A stretch of 64,000 bases of DNA from Podarcis cretensis (taxonomy: Eukaryota): positions 12,710,001 through 12,774,000 of the forward strand of contig OX638160.1 of NCBI GenBank assembly GCA_951804945.1, written 5' to 3'. Shown piece by piece: positions 11,105 to 23,059 of the stretch. The notes beneath the pieces are model-generated. The model did not search any database. It saw nothing but the letters and a program-made list of their open reading frames with translations, and was not told where the DNA came from. Both the position numbers and the translations under genes were made by a program. Each line of letters opens with the position of its first letter. Positions within the stretch are counted from its first letter, which is position 1.

Positions 11105-11222
11105 CAGTGGGAGGAACCTGTGGCCCTCCAGTTGTAGGACTGCTGTTACCATTTCTGATCATTGGCTCTGCTGCCAGGGGCTGCTTGAAGATGTAGTCCA
11201 GCAATATCTAGACGATTGTGTC
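11105..11222. mobile_element. Palindromic hAT-type MITE, degraded
   Basis: ggaacctgtggccctccag...gtagtccagcaatatct. Confidence 0.55.
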
Positions 11223-12062
11223 TCTGAGAAAAAACCAGCCTTAAGCAGGTGTGGATCTGATTCTTTCTAGCTTGTCCGTCTTGGTTTTGTCAAATACTTT
11301 TTACACCCTGAAAAGCATTTGTTGTTTATGAAGTTCACAACTGGTGTGTTTATGAACTTAAAAACCCTAGTTGACATACAGAGCTTTGTCCTTGAACACC
11401 ACCTCTTAAAGGGCAACCCAACAAAATGTATTCTGGCCTCAGTGCTGTTATCTCATTCCCATTCTGAAGAATTTTGTAATAGCCTGTGGATATCATAATA
11501 GCAGGTTGCCCCTTCTGACTGAGCAACTGAAATGGTATGCCCTGCAGTTTCTTATAGTTGCCTGTAGGGTTAACTTGATAAAAATGAAGAGAAACCTTTT
11601 GTCATGATCATTCTAATGTTTCTTCAGCTTACAAGAGCTCCCTCTGGTGACTAATTGAGTCCATGTCAGCTTGAAACATCTACAGAGAGTTTGATCCGTG
11701 CAAAAGTTCTTCATTCCCAAAATATAAAGGGAATGCTTTCTTTAACGGTTAACCATGCAAAGTCCGTTTCAATCTTTCTAGGCTTCCTGATCAATGTAAA
11801 GCTTTCTCCATAATTGCCATTCTAGAAAATGTTTAACCTGTTGGATTCTTGCCTCCCACATAGCTGTTTGAAACAGAGAAAGTGCAGTAAAGAAGGGGAA
11901 ATGGCAGTTCATTAGGATCCTAGGGCTTCCTGTCACCTGGTGCACAAAGAACTCATACAAAATCTGTCTTCTGCAAAGCACACAATGCTAATCCCTTTAT
12001 TTTTCAACCAAATGGCTCAGACAAAAACATACTATCACGAAAACCTCAAGTATGAATAGCTT

Positions 12063-12063
12063 T

Positions 12064-12103
<40 letters not shown>
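12063..12103. repeat. (CT)n microsatellite
   Basis: Directly visible. Confidence 0.95.
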
Positions 12104-12106
<3 letters not shown>

Positions 12107-12232
12107 GACCACCAAACTACTGGAATGTCAATGTTTACAATAAAACATGAAACGAAGGGGGAAATTCCTAGCTGTATATGACCTAATACTTCCATGCTAT
12201 AGAGATGAGAGAATGAGTATTGTGGTGTGACA

Positions 12233-12385
12233 GAGCCAGTGTGGCATAATGTTTAGAATGTTGCACTAGGACCTGGGTTCAAATCCCTGCTCTGCCATGA
12301 AATACACTGGGGGACCCTGGGCCAGGCGCTGCCTCCAAGCCTAACCTACCTCACAGACTTCTTGTGAGGATAATGTAGGGAGGCC
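12233..12385 (+). mobile_element. MIR-like tRNA-derived CORE SINE
   Basis: A-box-like gtggcataatgtttaga, B-box gggttcaaatccc, core gaccctgggcca...cctacctcacag...gtgaggataa. Confidence 0.7.
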
Positions 12386-14664
12386 CAATTGTGCTGTGCT
12401 GAAGGGATATACCTGGCTGAAGACCCCAATGCCCTTTGGCCTGGTGGTGCAGAAGTCACTGTGAGGATTGGATTAGTCTCCCTTCACCTTTGCTGTATAT
12501 CAGCAGCTGAACCGAGCCCAGCCCTAACTGAGCAATCTGTTGGCCTGTCTGAAAAGTCTGGTTTTGAAATTAATTGCAAGTCATTGTGTCCAGGTATATT
12601 ACTTTAGCCCATAAAGGAGAAAAATAGTTGCTTATTTCAAAGCCTGAAAGCAAGGGACTTTACCTTGGAGACACAGGTAAAGAAGAATGTGGCAGATGTT
12701 GTACCTGCTGACTAAATGCGTTTTAACGGAGGCCGTCTGGAAGCAGAAGCTTCAATAGAAAGAAGTGAATAGCAAACATCTGGGAAAGATTACAAAAGGG
12801 AAAGATTTATTCTGTACTGAGACTACTAATGGGTGGGGACTACCAGGGGAGAAAAAATTAATTGCTTCAGTAACTGAATTAAAAATTAAGTTTACTTCTA
12901 CTTTGGGCTCTGGAAAAAAGTAAATGTTTGCATATTCTTCTCTGATCTTTCTTGGATCCAGAAGAAATGTGTCTTGCTTCATTGTACTGGTCAGTTGGAG
13001 AAGCAGCTTGAACACCTGGAGTGGGGAAGGAAAATGTTTAAGCTCCAGTATTCCTGAGCTGCCTCTCCAAAGGCATCACATGAACCCCAAACATCCTAGA
13101 GGGAAATGGGCCTGCGCCACCAAGGGCATCAACATTGATTTCTGGTGTCACTTTTAGCACCTGGCAAACACCTCCTGCTATCCTGTGGTGGTTTCAGCTT
13201 ACTGGCAAATTATAGAAATATAAATACCACCAAGCAAACAGCTGCTCACATAGGAATTCAGACAATATTCCCAAACACATCCAAAGGGTGTCCCAGAGCT
13301 ACTAACCAAACTTAATTATAGGCCTATCAGCTTCTTGTCAATGGCTTCAGAGAACAGAAGTAGGAATTATGATACAGCCCCCCATTGTTACTTAAGACGG
13401 GATGAAGTGAACCATGGAAATGGTTAACAGATACTCTCCAGCTGTTGTTTTTTGGCTTTATTTCTTGACTTTGTACCACTGGGTAGACCAGTGGTAGGGT
13501 AGCTATGCTATTGTATGCCAACTCTCATCATTCCCAGAGAAGGGGATAAAACTTGGGTTGACTAGATGGATCCAGGGGGATGCTTCAGTTGAGAAGGGAG
13601 CAGTACAATCTCCCTTAAAGGAGGCAGTTGTGCATTCCCTCCTTAAGGAGACTTCCCTGCGAGTTAGGAACCTGGCCCTTGATCTGTAAAGGTTTCTCCA
13701 CCCCTGGTATGTGGCATTTGGATGGTTCTGGGTAATGGTCATGGCTATAGCCCTAAAGAGAGCAGTCCTCCATGACTGCAAGGAGGTCAAGATCTTACCA
13801 AGAATAATGATTCCTGCTGCATGGCTGGGCTCTTCTCTCCGCAACCACATGACAAAAATGACTTTGAGTGCCTCAAGAGCACAAAAGCCACTGGTTGCCT
13901 TTCTCCAATCATTAGGATGGTTCCTTGCTGGCTGGGGGAAGCAGTTTGCAAAAAGAGGAAGAAAAACAAGCTGGGAAGGAGGTGTGTGTTAGAAAATTTC
14001 CATGAAGCTCCTCAGGAAAAGGTCCCCCATGGATATTTTTAGAAAAACAAAATCAGGCAATCTGCTAACGAATATATGACTCCAAATTCCAGTGCCTAAT
14101 TAATCAGAAGCCAGTGTAGCTAATAATGATGGGAGGGTGGGGCACAACATCATTCTAATTAATCAGCCTGGAAATGAACATTTCAGCTCTGGGAAGAGGA
14201 GGGGGGTGCTGCTGCTGCTGCTTCCCTACATCTTCCAAACATCACTCTCTCCCCCCAAGTTAAGGTAATATGAGTTCCGCTCCAGAAGATTTCCCCAGGT
14301 GGTCAGTGGTGGGTTCCTTCCTAAGAAGGCCACGATGGGGATTTTCCAGATCACCTTCCTTCTTTAAGGAACAGCTAAATGTGAAAGGGGAGAAGTTCAT
14401 TTAAATGTGATCATTTCTCCAGAAGGCCCTTACAATTGTCTTTGAGCATCTCTCATAGACTTTTGAATGGGGTTCAAGGAGCTGAAATGAATTTATACCC
14501 TGCTTTATCCTTTATAAAGGTTGATACCAAAAAAATTCCATGTTCTTTGAATGTTTTCACAATATTGGTTATCAGTATCATGATGTTTGATTTCACTATC
14601 TGATACCTGGCGGTTGATCGTTTGCATTATTTGACTGTGGATATGAAATGGTGTTTAATATTCT

Positions 14665-17600
14665 AGAAAGGAGGCGTGGTGATTTATGTAAAAGACAAAT
14701 ACAACCCCAAACAGCTATTTAAAGACGAGGATGAAAGAATGATTGCTAATGAGATAACATTACAAGGTTGGGGGGGGGGGGAATTGATAATTGGAATCTA
14801 CACACTAAATGATAAAATATTGGAATTTTATAAAGAATTGGAAGAAAAATTGTTTGATTTCATGGATCAAAAAATAATTTTAATGGGTGACTTAAACGGG
14901 GTAGTCTCATTAGAAATGGATAGGACAATAAGAAAAACGGATTCAAAAGAACGAAGACTACCTCTGACTTTTTTCAATTTGGTGGAGAATTTAAAATTGA
15001 CTGATGTTTGGTGATTTAGACACCCATTTGAAAGAGAATATACCCATTAATCAGAGCCAAATTAGTCTGCCAGAAGATTGACTTGAGAAGGCTATCAAAT
15101 GAGTTAACATTGAGAAAAAGAACCGAAATACAACCAAAGACCTTATCAGACCACAACCCAGTGTTACCAGAGTTAAAAGGAGAAGAAAACTCCACATTCA
15201 GGTGGAGGCTAAATGAAAGTCTTCTAGACAACCAAGTAACTATGCAAAAAGTGGGGGAAATCCTGAAGGACTACTGTATTTTGAACTGAATTTGCATAAA
15301 GGGACAGAACGAAATATTGTATGGGGTACAAGCAAAGCAGTAATGAGAGGCTTTTTTTATTCAGCAAAGTGCATACCAAAAATGAATTCGAGAAAAGGTG
15401 GGGAGAAATTATAGAGGAGATGATAAAAAATGAAAAAGAGTTGATTAAGAAACCTGGAAAGGACACAATAAAACATAACATAAAAATGTTACAGGCACAC
15501 TTTTCAATGTTAGTGAACAAAGAAATTGAATGGAAAATTAAAAGGTTGAAACAAAGAAATTTTGAATTTGCAAATAAACCAAGGAACTTGCTTGCTTGGC
15601 AATTAAAAAAGAAGCAAGGACAAAATATGATAAATAAATTGGAGGTAGAAGATAGAATAGGGACGCGGGTGGCGCTGTGGGTAAAACCTCAGTGCCTAGG
15701 ACTTGCCAATCGCATGGTCGGCGGTTCGAATCCCCGCGGCGGGGTGAGCTCCCGTCTTTCGGTCCCAGCTCCTGCCCACCTAGCAGTTCGAAAGCACCCC
15801 TAAGTGCAAGTAGATAAATAGGTACCACTTTATAGCGGGACGGTAAACGGCGTTTCTGTGTGCTGTGCTGGTGCTGGCTCGCCAGAGCAGCTTCGTCACG
15901 CTGGCCACGTGACCCGGAAGTGTCTTCAGACAGCGCTGAAGTGAGATGAGCGCACAACCCTAGAGTCGGACACGACTGGCCCGTACAGGCAGGGGTACCT
16001 TTACCTTTACCTTTAGAAGATAGAATAATAGATCAACCGAAGGACATTAGATGACTATTTGTGAAATATTATACAGAGTTATATCAAGCCGGCAAAGAAA
16101 ATAAAGATATAATTGAAGAATATTTAATGAAAAGTAATTTACCTAAAATTCCGAAGGAAAAAATGAATGATCTAAATGTACCTATAGCGATTCAAGAGAT
16201 ACAACAAGGGATCAAGTACTCTAAAATAGGCATCTCTAGGACTGGATGGCTTATCAGCCAAATATTATAAAAAACTACAGGACTTTCTGATACAACCATT
16301 GAGGGAAGTAATGAACAAGATACTGATCACAGGGAAAATTCTTGAATAATGGAAAGAGGCATATATAACATCACTCCCAAAACAAGACACAAATTTACTT
16401 TTGGTAAAAAAAATTATAGGCCAATATCTCTGCTGAATAATGACTATAAACAATTTGCCAATATTATGGCAAACTGTTTGAAAGGGGTGCTTAAAGAGTT
16501 AATTCACCATGATCAAGCCAGCTTTCTTCCTGGCCAACAGATGAAGGATAACACAAGGAATATAACTGATATAATAGAATATCTGGAGGTCAGGAATGAA
16601 AAGCATGCAGCATTGATGTTTGTGGATGCAGAGAAGGTCTTTGACAATGTGTCTTGGAGTTTCATGAAAAAAATTATAGAGATAATGAACTTTGGAGAAC
16701 TTTTTAAGAGGAATTGATGCAATATATACAGACCAACAGCCAAGGTTATTAGTGAATAATGTAATATCAGAAATATGTACAATTACGAAAGGGACAAGAG
16801 AGGGTTGTCCCCTGTCACCATTAATGTTTATTTTAGTATTGGAGATACTGTTGAGAAATATAAGACCAGAAAAAGAAATAAAAGGTGTAACAGTTGGGTG
16901 CAAAGAGTATAAACGGAGTATACCAAGGGTGTTGGATAAAATGTACAAGTTTGGACAGGTAGCAGGATTTAAGTTAAATAATTAAAAAATGAAAGTATTG
17001 GTTAAAAATATGACTGAAAAAAGTATAAATGAATTACAACTAGCAACGCAATTAACAATTTTAAAAGGGTGAAATTTTGGGGTGTATGGCTAACTTAAGA
17101 ACATAAATATAATTAAGGATAACTATGTAATAACTTGGAAAGAGATAAAGAGGAATTTGGAGATTTGGGGAAGAATGAATTTATCACTTTGGGGGAAAAT
17201 TTCTGTCATAAAGATGAATGTATTGCCAAGAATATTGTTTTTGTTTCAGACAATACCTGTGGCCAGTGGGGAGGGACACTTCAAGCAACGGCAAAAAGAT
17301 ATAACTAAATTTATCTGGCAAGGGAAGAAAACCAAGGATTAAATATAAATTATTAACAGATGATAAAGAAAGAGGGGGCTTCTCTTTGCCAGATTTAAAA
17401 TTGTATTATGAGGTGCCCTGTCTCTGCTGGCTAAAGGAATGGATAACTTTGAAAAGCACAGGTATTTTAGACCTTGAAGGTCATGACAATAGATTTGGAT
17501 AGCATGCTGCTCATTGAAATAAAATTATATGAAAATAATGTATAGATGGTACTTAACACCGGTAAAACTAGCAAAGATGTATAGAACTGCTTCTAACGTA

Positions 17601-18240
17601 TGTTGGAAATGTAAAGAAAAAGAAGGCACTTTCTACCACATGTGGTGGACGTGCAAGGTAGCAAAAGTATTCTGGGAAATGATATATAATGAGTTGGAAA
17701 AAATGATTAAAATAACATTTGTGGAAAACCAGAGGCTTTTTTGTTAGGTATTATAGGTACAGGGATTCTGAAAGAGCAGAAAAGACTATGTATGTGATGA
17801 CAGCAACAAGAATACTACTGGCCCAGAGATAGAAAGAAGACAAAGTTCCAACCAGAGAAGAATGGCTGATGAAGATGATGGACTATGCCGAAATGGTGAA
17901 ATTGACCGGGAGAATAAGAGACTAGGACGAGAATAAGTCTAGGAAAAAATGGGGGGAAATTTATAGTCTATTTAAAAGAGCATTGTAAACAGTTAAAAAC
18001 TTTGGCAGGATTAGAGTAATACTTGTAAAAGACAAAATATACTGGAAAAGTTAATAATAGATACAATAAGTTTGGGTGGGGGGGAAGAATAAGTTGAATA
18101 AAAAGAGATGGACAATGGAAACCAGAGAAGGGCAGGGGGAAGTCAAGGGATTCTGAGAATCCTAAATGTAAAGGTGATTGATATGTTTAAACTGAATTTT
18201 GTTATGTAAAATTTAATTAAAATATATATTTTTAAAAAAG
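14665..18240 (+). mobile_element. Decayed L1-clade LINE ORF2 (endonuclease, reverse transcriptase, CCHC) with 3' UTR, interrupted by a SINE
   Basis: Motifs GGVVIYVK, MGDLNG, SDHNPV, WRLN, NYRPISLLNNDYK, DAEKVFDNVSW, GTREGCPLSP, KMNVLPR, CWKC..HMWWTC across several frames with stops and frameshifts; A-rich end ~18235. Confidence 0.93.
15660..16013 (+). mobile_element. Sauria SINE nested in L1
   Basis: 5' gggacgcgggtggcgctgtgg, B-box ggttcgaatcc, (ACCTTT)n tail, exact 14-bp TSD TAGAAGATAGAATA (15646-15659, 16014-16027). Confidence 0.93.
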
Positions 18241-18394
18241 AAAATATGACCTTAACTCCTCTTGTGCACTCAAAAGTTCCAGTGGCACCTGGTCAGATAA
18301 CTCAGGTCACAGAAACAGGCTGATTCACATAGCGAAATATTTAGCTAAACTGGGCAGGGGTGTGGTGTTCTGGTGAGCAACCAAACAACTTTCT

Positions 18395-18970
18395 TATTTT
18401 ATTATTAAGTTATTTAAAATATTTCTAGACCAGCCTTCATCTAAACAGACCCTAGGGCGGTATACAAGGGGCATGGATAAACCTGCTCATGCCATATATA
18501 CAAATCCAAAACCGTCATCATCAACGTTCACAATGCATTAGCAACATGAGAGGCGTCAATGACAATTAACTTAGCCATTTTAACTGCCTGGGCAAATGAA
18601 AAGCTGAAAATATTGTTACGGCAACACCACTGGTTAACTCTCTTGGGAAGGCATTCCAAAGTCAAGGTGCCACCACAGAAAAGACCCTTTCCTTTGTTAC
18701 TGTGTAAAGTGCCTCCATTAAGGAAAAGGGCCTCAGAGATTTTGACAAGAGTGGGGAGCCCATGGTTCTCCTCCAGATATGGCTGGATTCCAAATCTCAT
18801 CAGCCCCAGCTGTGAGCATGGACCACCGTCAGAGATTGTGCACTCCTGCAACATCTGTAGGACCACAGGTTTTCCACCCCTGTAGAGGATACTGTGCGGC
18901 TCTGAAGGATATTCTTTGGCATTTAAAGATAGGGCAGAGCACCTTGAATTGGACTTGGAAGTGAATAGGC
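18395..18970 (-). mobile_element. L2-like LINE 3' remnant with a nested hAT MITE (18746-18882)
   Basis: ttttattattaag...ccagccttcatc...cctagggcggtatacaa tail and tttaaagat..gcaccttgaattgg region. MITE bounded by caagagtgggga / tttccacccctg. Confidence 0.55.
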
Positions 18971-19299
18971 GTCGTCTCCTGGATAAAGAGGGGCTGAAAT
19001 TACTAGCCAACAGCAAAAAATACCCTTTTGACGCCACTCCTGCAGGTTGGGGAAGAGCTTAAGAGAGGCGAGAACGTTCTGCTTTTCTTTCTAATTAATT
19101 GGATTTTTGCGAAACGAGGTGTCATGTCGATTAGTTCAGTCAGAATAACTTTGGGGGGTAGGAGACTGAGTGGATAATTCAATGTTAGCCAAAACGAGTG
19201 TTTGTTTACTTTTTAAAGAAAACCAGCACCGGGGGGATGTTCTTTTAACAAATTCAACCTGCGTCCTTCTGACTGTACAAAATTGGACGGCTGGACCTC

Positions 19300-22200
19300 G
19301 CTTTAACTCGCCGGATCCGAGCCCTCTAGTACGGAATGAGCGTGCACCTCTCCGAATGGTTTAACTCTGTTCACCACGCGACTGGGACAAGATGGGGCGA
19401 CGGGGGGGAAAGGGATCTGAAATCCAGCCGAGAAAATTAAGCGTACAGTTTGACATTTCGATTGGCTAAAGGGAGAGGGGTCCTGCCACAGATAACCCGG
19501 CTAGATGCATACAGAGGACCAAAATCTGCTTGGAAGGAGGAGACAGAGTTCCGACGCCTGTTGATGTCCATGCGCGCGCAACTCCCACCAGCCACAGCCA
19601 GGCCCAGCAGGGGCCGATGGGAGTTGTAGTCCACTAACGGCTAAAAGGCCCCAGAAGGCTGGGATGTGAGCAATGTGGCTGCACGCCTCCCTCCCTGCCG
19701 TAGTTAACCGCTGCAAGCTCAAGGCCTGGCCAAGACGCAAAATCTGGGGTGAAACTGGGTCCCAACAAATCTCCGGTTAAGGGATGCCAGAACCCTGGCA
19801 AGCCTAGCAGACTGGAGCACAGGCCGGGTCCTTTGCTCACTGAAGTATTTTGGGGTGCGCTTTCCTTATTTTTAGAAAGCAATCCAGTGAGCGCCACTCC
19901 AAATTACCGTATTTACAAAGTAAGCCCAGCCCACGTCGCCATATATTGGACATGTTTTCAATACACATAAATACAAGGCAAGGCTTGGAGAGGGTTCCAC
20001 GAGCGATGCAAACTAAATCCACCAACATCGCAATCCTCTGCAGGCCCCATGGAGTTCGATAGGGCTTATTCTCAGGTTAGGTGTATAGGATTGCTGCTTA
20101 ACTGCGCAACCCTACTCCGACCTGAGTAATGGGCGGGAGGGAGAGCAAGACCCTCTTGTCTGAGCGAGGAACTGGCAGGATGTGAGGTGCAAGGCAGGGC
20201 ACGGGCTTCTGCCTCCAGCCAGGCAGGCACCCCAGTGGAGGAGCCGCTCTTCCCTGCAGCAAAGAGGCAGGAGCCAAGTTGCCGCCTCCTTTCTGCGGGC
20301 AGTGATGCCCCCGCTTCCTGGGGTGACTCAGGGAAGCCATCGCTTGCTCCGCAGGCTTCTGGGTTTCTTGCTCTCTGAATGCCCGGCCGTGCATTTCTTG
20401 CGCCAAGAGCGGCGCCCCATCCAGAACTGGCTACGATCCTGGGGAGTGGGAGCGGAAAGTGCTTCCACCCAGCCGCCGCCGCCACCACACACTCTCTCTG
20501 CGGTTTGGCTGTTGTTGGGCCGCGCATTGTTGCAGCCGCCTTTCCCGACCCAGGACTGCTGAGCTTTGCCGACTCACTAGCTCTGACTGAAAGGCGGCGG
20601 CGAGGGAGTGAGGGAAGGGGAGAGATCGGCGGCGCGCTTGCTGCCTCCCAGCAGGGTAGACTCGTATTTTGAAAGCGCTCTTTCCCCTCTCCTCTGCTGC
20701 CGGGTGCGGCTGGATCCGAAAGGGGTCAAGTGTCACTTCCTCTCCCAGTCAATCTCCAATATTCCTTGTAATGTTTTCAAATGGACGAATTCATTACGCC
20801 GGGCCGGCTGAATAGGGAAGGGGAGCCCTCGCGATGGGCGATCAATAGCTTCCCCTAATAGTTCGTTTTGCACACTGACCTAGGAAAGGATACGGAGCTG
20901 GGGCGGGGGGCGGGGGTGGGGAGAGACACAGAAAGAGGAGGGAGGCAGAGGCTTAGGTCACTGGGTTGCTTGGGATAATACCCCCCATCCCCAAAAGGGC
21001 CCTTTTCACTTCCCCTTTTGTATATTATAAGAACAGGGATTTTACTAAGATCAGAACTGACGGCTGAGTAGCAAACAAGCCTCGGATTAAAGCATTGCGG
21101 GAGTCAGGGCCGTCTAATTTGTTACTCCCGGAAGGGTAAGAAAAGAATCCCTCTCATGACTTATGGGTGTAAACGTAGGTTGAAAGTCGAGGACTAGAAA
21201 GTTGCTGTACTGAAAGCGAACCCTTTAAGCACGAAGCAGGTCCCCCCCCCCTCTCCCGTTGTCCGACGTGTTACTCCGGACCCAATAGCAGACGCAGTAC
21301 GGATTTGGGCAGCCGGCTTTCTCCCCCAAACAATCGCTTTTTAGCCCCTTTCTTCACTGCCTTCGGGAATGCCACTGGTGTGTCACACGCGCCTTGGAAA
21401 CGAGACACTTGGGCTTAACCGGGTCCTGGATCTTGGCCTCTGCGAGAAGCCGCCATAGCTAGCGAGGGAAGTGGCGCTGTTGGCGCGTAGAGCTGCAAGA
21501 ACCGCAGCTGCCTGGCATGTCTTGGGCATCTGGCTCCAGTGGTTGTGACTGTATTTTAAAAGCGTCTTAAAACAAGTGCTCATCTCCATCACGGTTGTGC
21601 GCGAAGAAGAACGCGCAGTCCGAAAGCTTGCCCAGTAGACTTGGCCAAAGCAAGGGGGTCCCTTGCTCTGCTTGCCGGGATCGGGGTGAGGGGCCCCCAG
21701 CATTTGATGACAGCCGCCAGCTTTTGGAAAAGGCCGGTAGAATCGGCTGATCAAACCGGGCGGAGCAGAAAGACAACAGTCTTAAGCAAGTCTTAAGCAA
21801 GTCTTAAAAGCAAATGGTTTTCCGGCTTCGAAAAGAATCGACAGTATGGCAGCGTCTTGCCCTGCGGAAAAGGAGGGGAAGACTGGACACCCCAGCCCGT
21901 GCGTGCAAACGGAACGGGCATTTTAACCATTTAACTGTTCTCCCCACTCTCGCTCCCCGCATGTGCCCAATATCCTAGTCGAAATGAAGGCACCACTTTT
22001 CCTCCTTAGAAACCCTGTTGCAACTCATGGTTGCTCCCGGAGATTCAGAACTGCTGCGCAACTATCAGCAGAGGGGAACCTCTCTTTTCTTAGCTTTTCA
22101 ACTGGGCTTGAGGTATACAGACATACAGTTGGTGCCGGTGGCGTAGCGTGGGGGGTGCAGGGGGGCCCGGCCGCACCGGGCGCAACATCTGGGGGTTAGG

Positions 22201-22400
22201 GTTAGGGCGCGCAAATCCACGGGTTAGGGGGTGCAAATTACTTGCCTTGCCCCGGGTTAAGGGGCGCAAATTACTTGCCTTGTCCCGGGTGCTGACAACC
22301 CACGCTACGCCACTGGTTGGTGCGTGCCAGATTCCGCCCCAAAGCCCGGGGCCTCTGGAAAATGCCAACAGCGCCATCCGAAGCAGGGCCAGTCAACTGT
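19300..22400. promoter_or_regulatory. CpG-rich island with no recognisable coding gene
   Basis: Abrupt rise in GC and CpG density relative to the flanks, judged by eye. Confidence 0.65.
22136..22315 (-). mobile_element. hAT MITE with TTAGGG-containing internal repeats (copy A)
   Basis: TIR C(A/G)GTGGCGTAGCGTGGG; exact 8-bp TSD GTTGGTGC (22128-22135, 22316-22323). Confidence 0.9.
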
Positions 22401-23059
22401 AAATTACTTTAGTTCAACGAAGCGCAAGCCTTGGAAGGAGTGATTTGGAGAGGAGTTGGTTGCTTCCCAGTGGAAACTTCTACTACTGTACTGTACAATG
22501 GTTGTTTGAGTACACAGTAAACGAATTTGTTGCTTTGAAATGTATATATATTGTAGTTAAGTTTAATAAGCAAATCAAGTGTGCAGCCGCGGCCCATTCT
22601 TATCAGAGGGAGATTTTTGCCACTGGCCAGGGGCACAATTCAACCGGAATTACTCGTGAGCAGCTCCCCTTCTTGTCCGAAGGGCGCCCAAGCCCTGGAG
22701 GAGGAAGTGTCCCCTGAGTTGAGAACCTGTCCACAAGCATTGCTTTTGCATCTCTAATGGCAATACAATACCAAAGCAAAACCCTTACATTTCCCATGCC
22801 TCTTGTGCACACCAGATTCGTTCCGAAATTCAAACAAAGCGTTTAAGTAATGTCTTAAGGATGGAGCCCATATTTGCCCAGGAGGTACAGTTAGAAGAGT
22901 TCGCCTAAAACGCCGGTGGAATGAGAGTGCCTTTTTGGCGATTTCTAATAGTGAATTTAGGCATTCGACAACCGCTCTAAAATGTTTTAAAAGACTGCCT
23001 TTATTCGGTGTAATCTGAGCCCCACTGGATGCAGTGGAAGTCGCCCCTGCCTATTTCCA

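Noticed and set aside
15660-15745. tRNA-like A/B boxes
   Set aside because: They are the tRNA-derived head of a Sauria SINE, not a tRNA gene; the same applies at 12233, 32724, 36822 and 44228.
15321-15803. 160-aa ORF
   Set aside because: Chimera of decayed L1 ORF2 and the inserted SINE, not a gene.
20072-21800. Multiple 100-150 aa ORFs in the CpG island
   Set aside because: Expected from stop-codon scarcity in GC-rich DNA; no recognisable domains or consistent exon structure.
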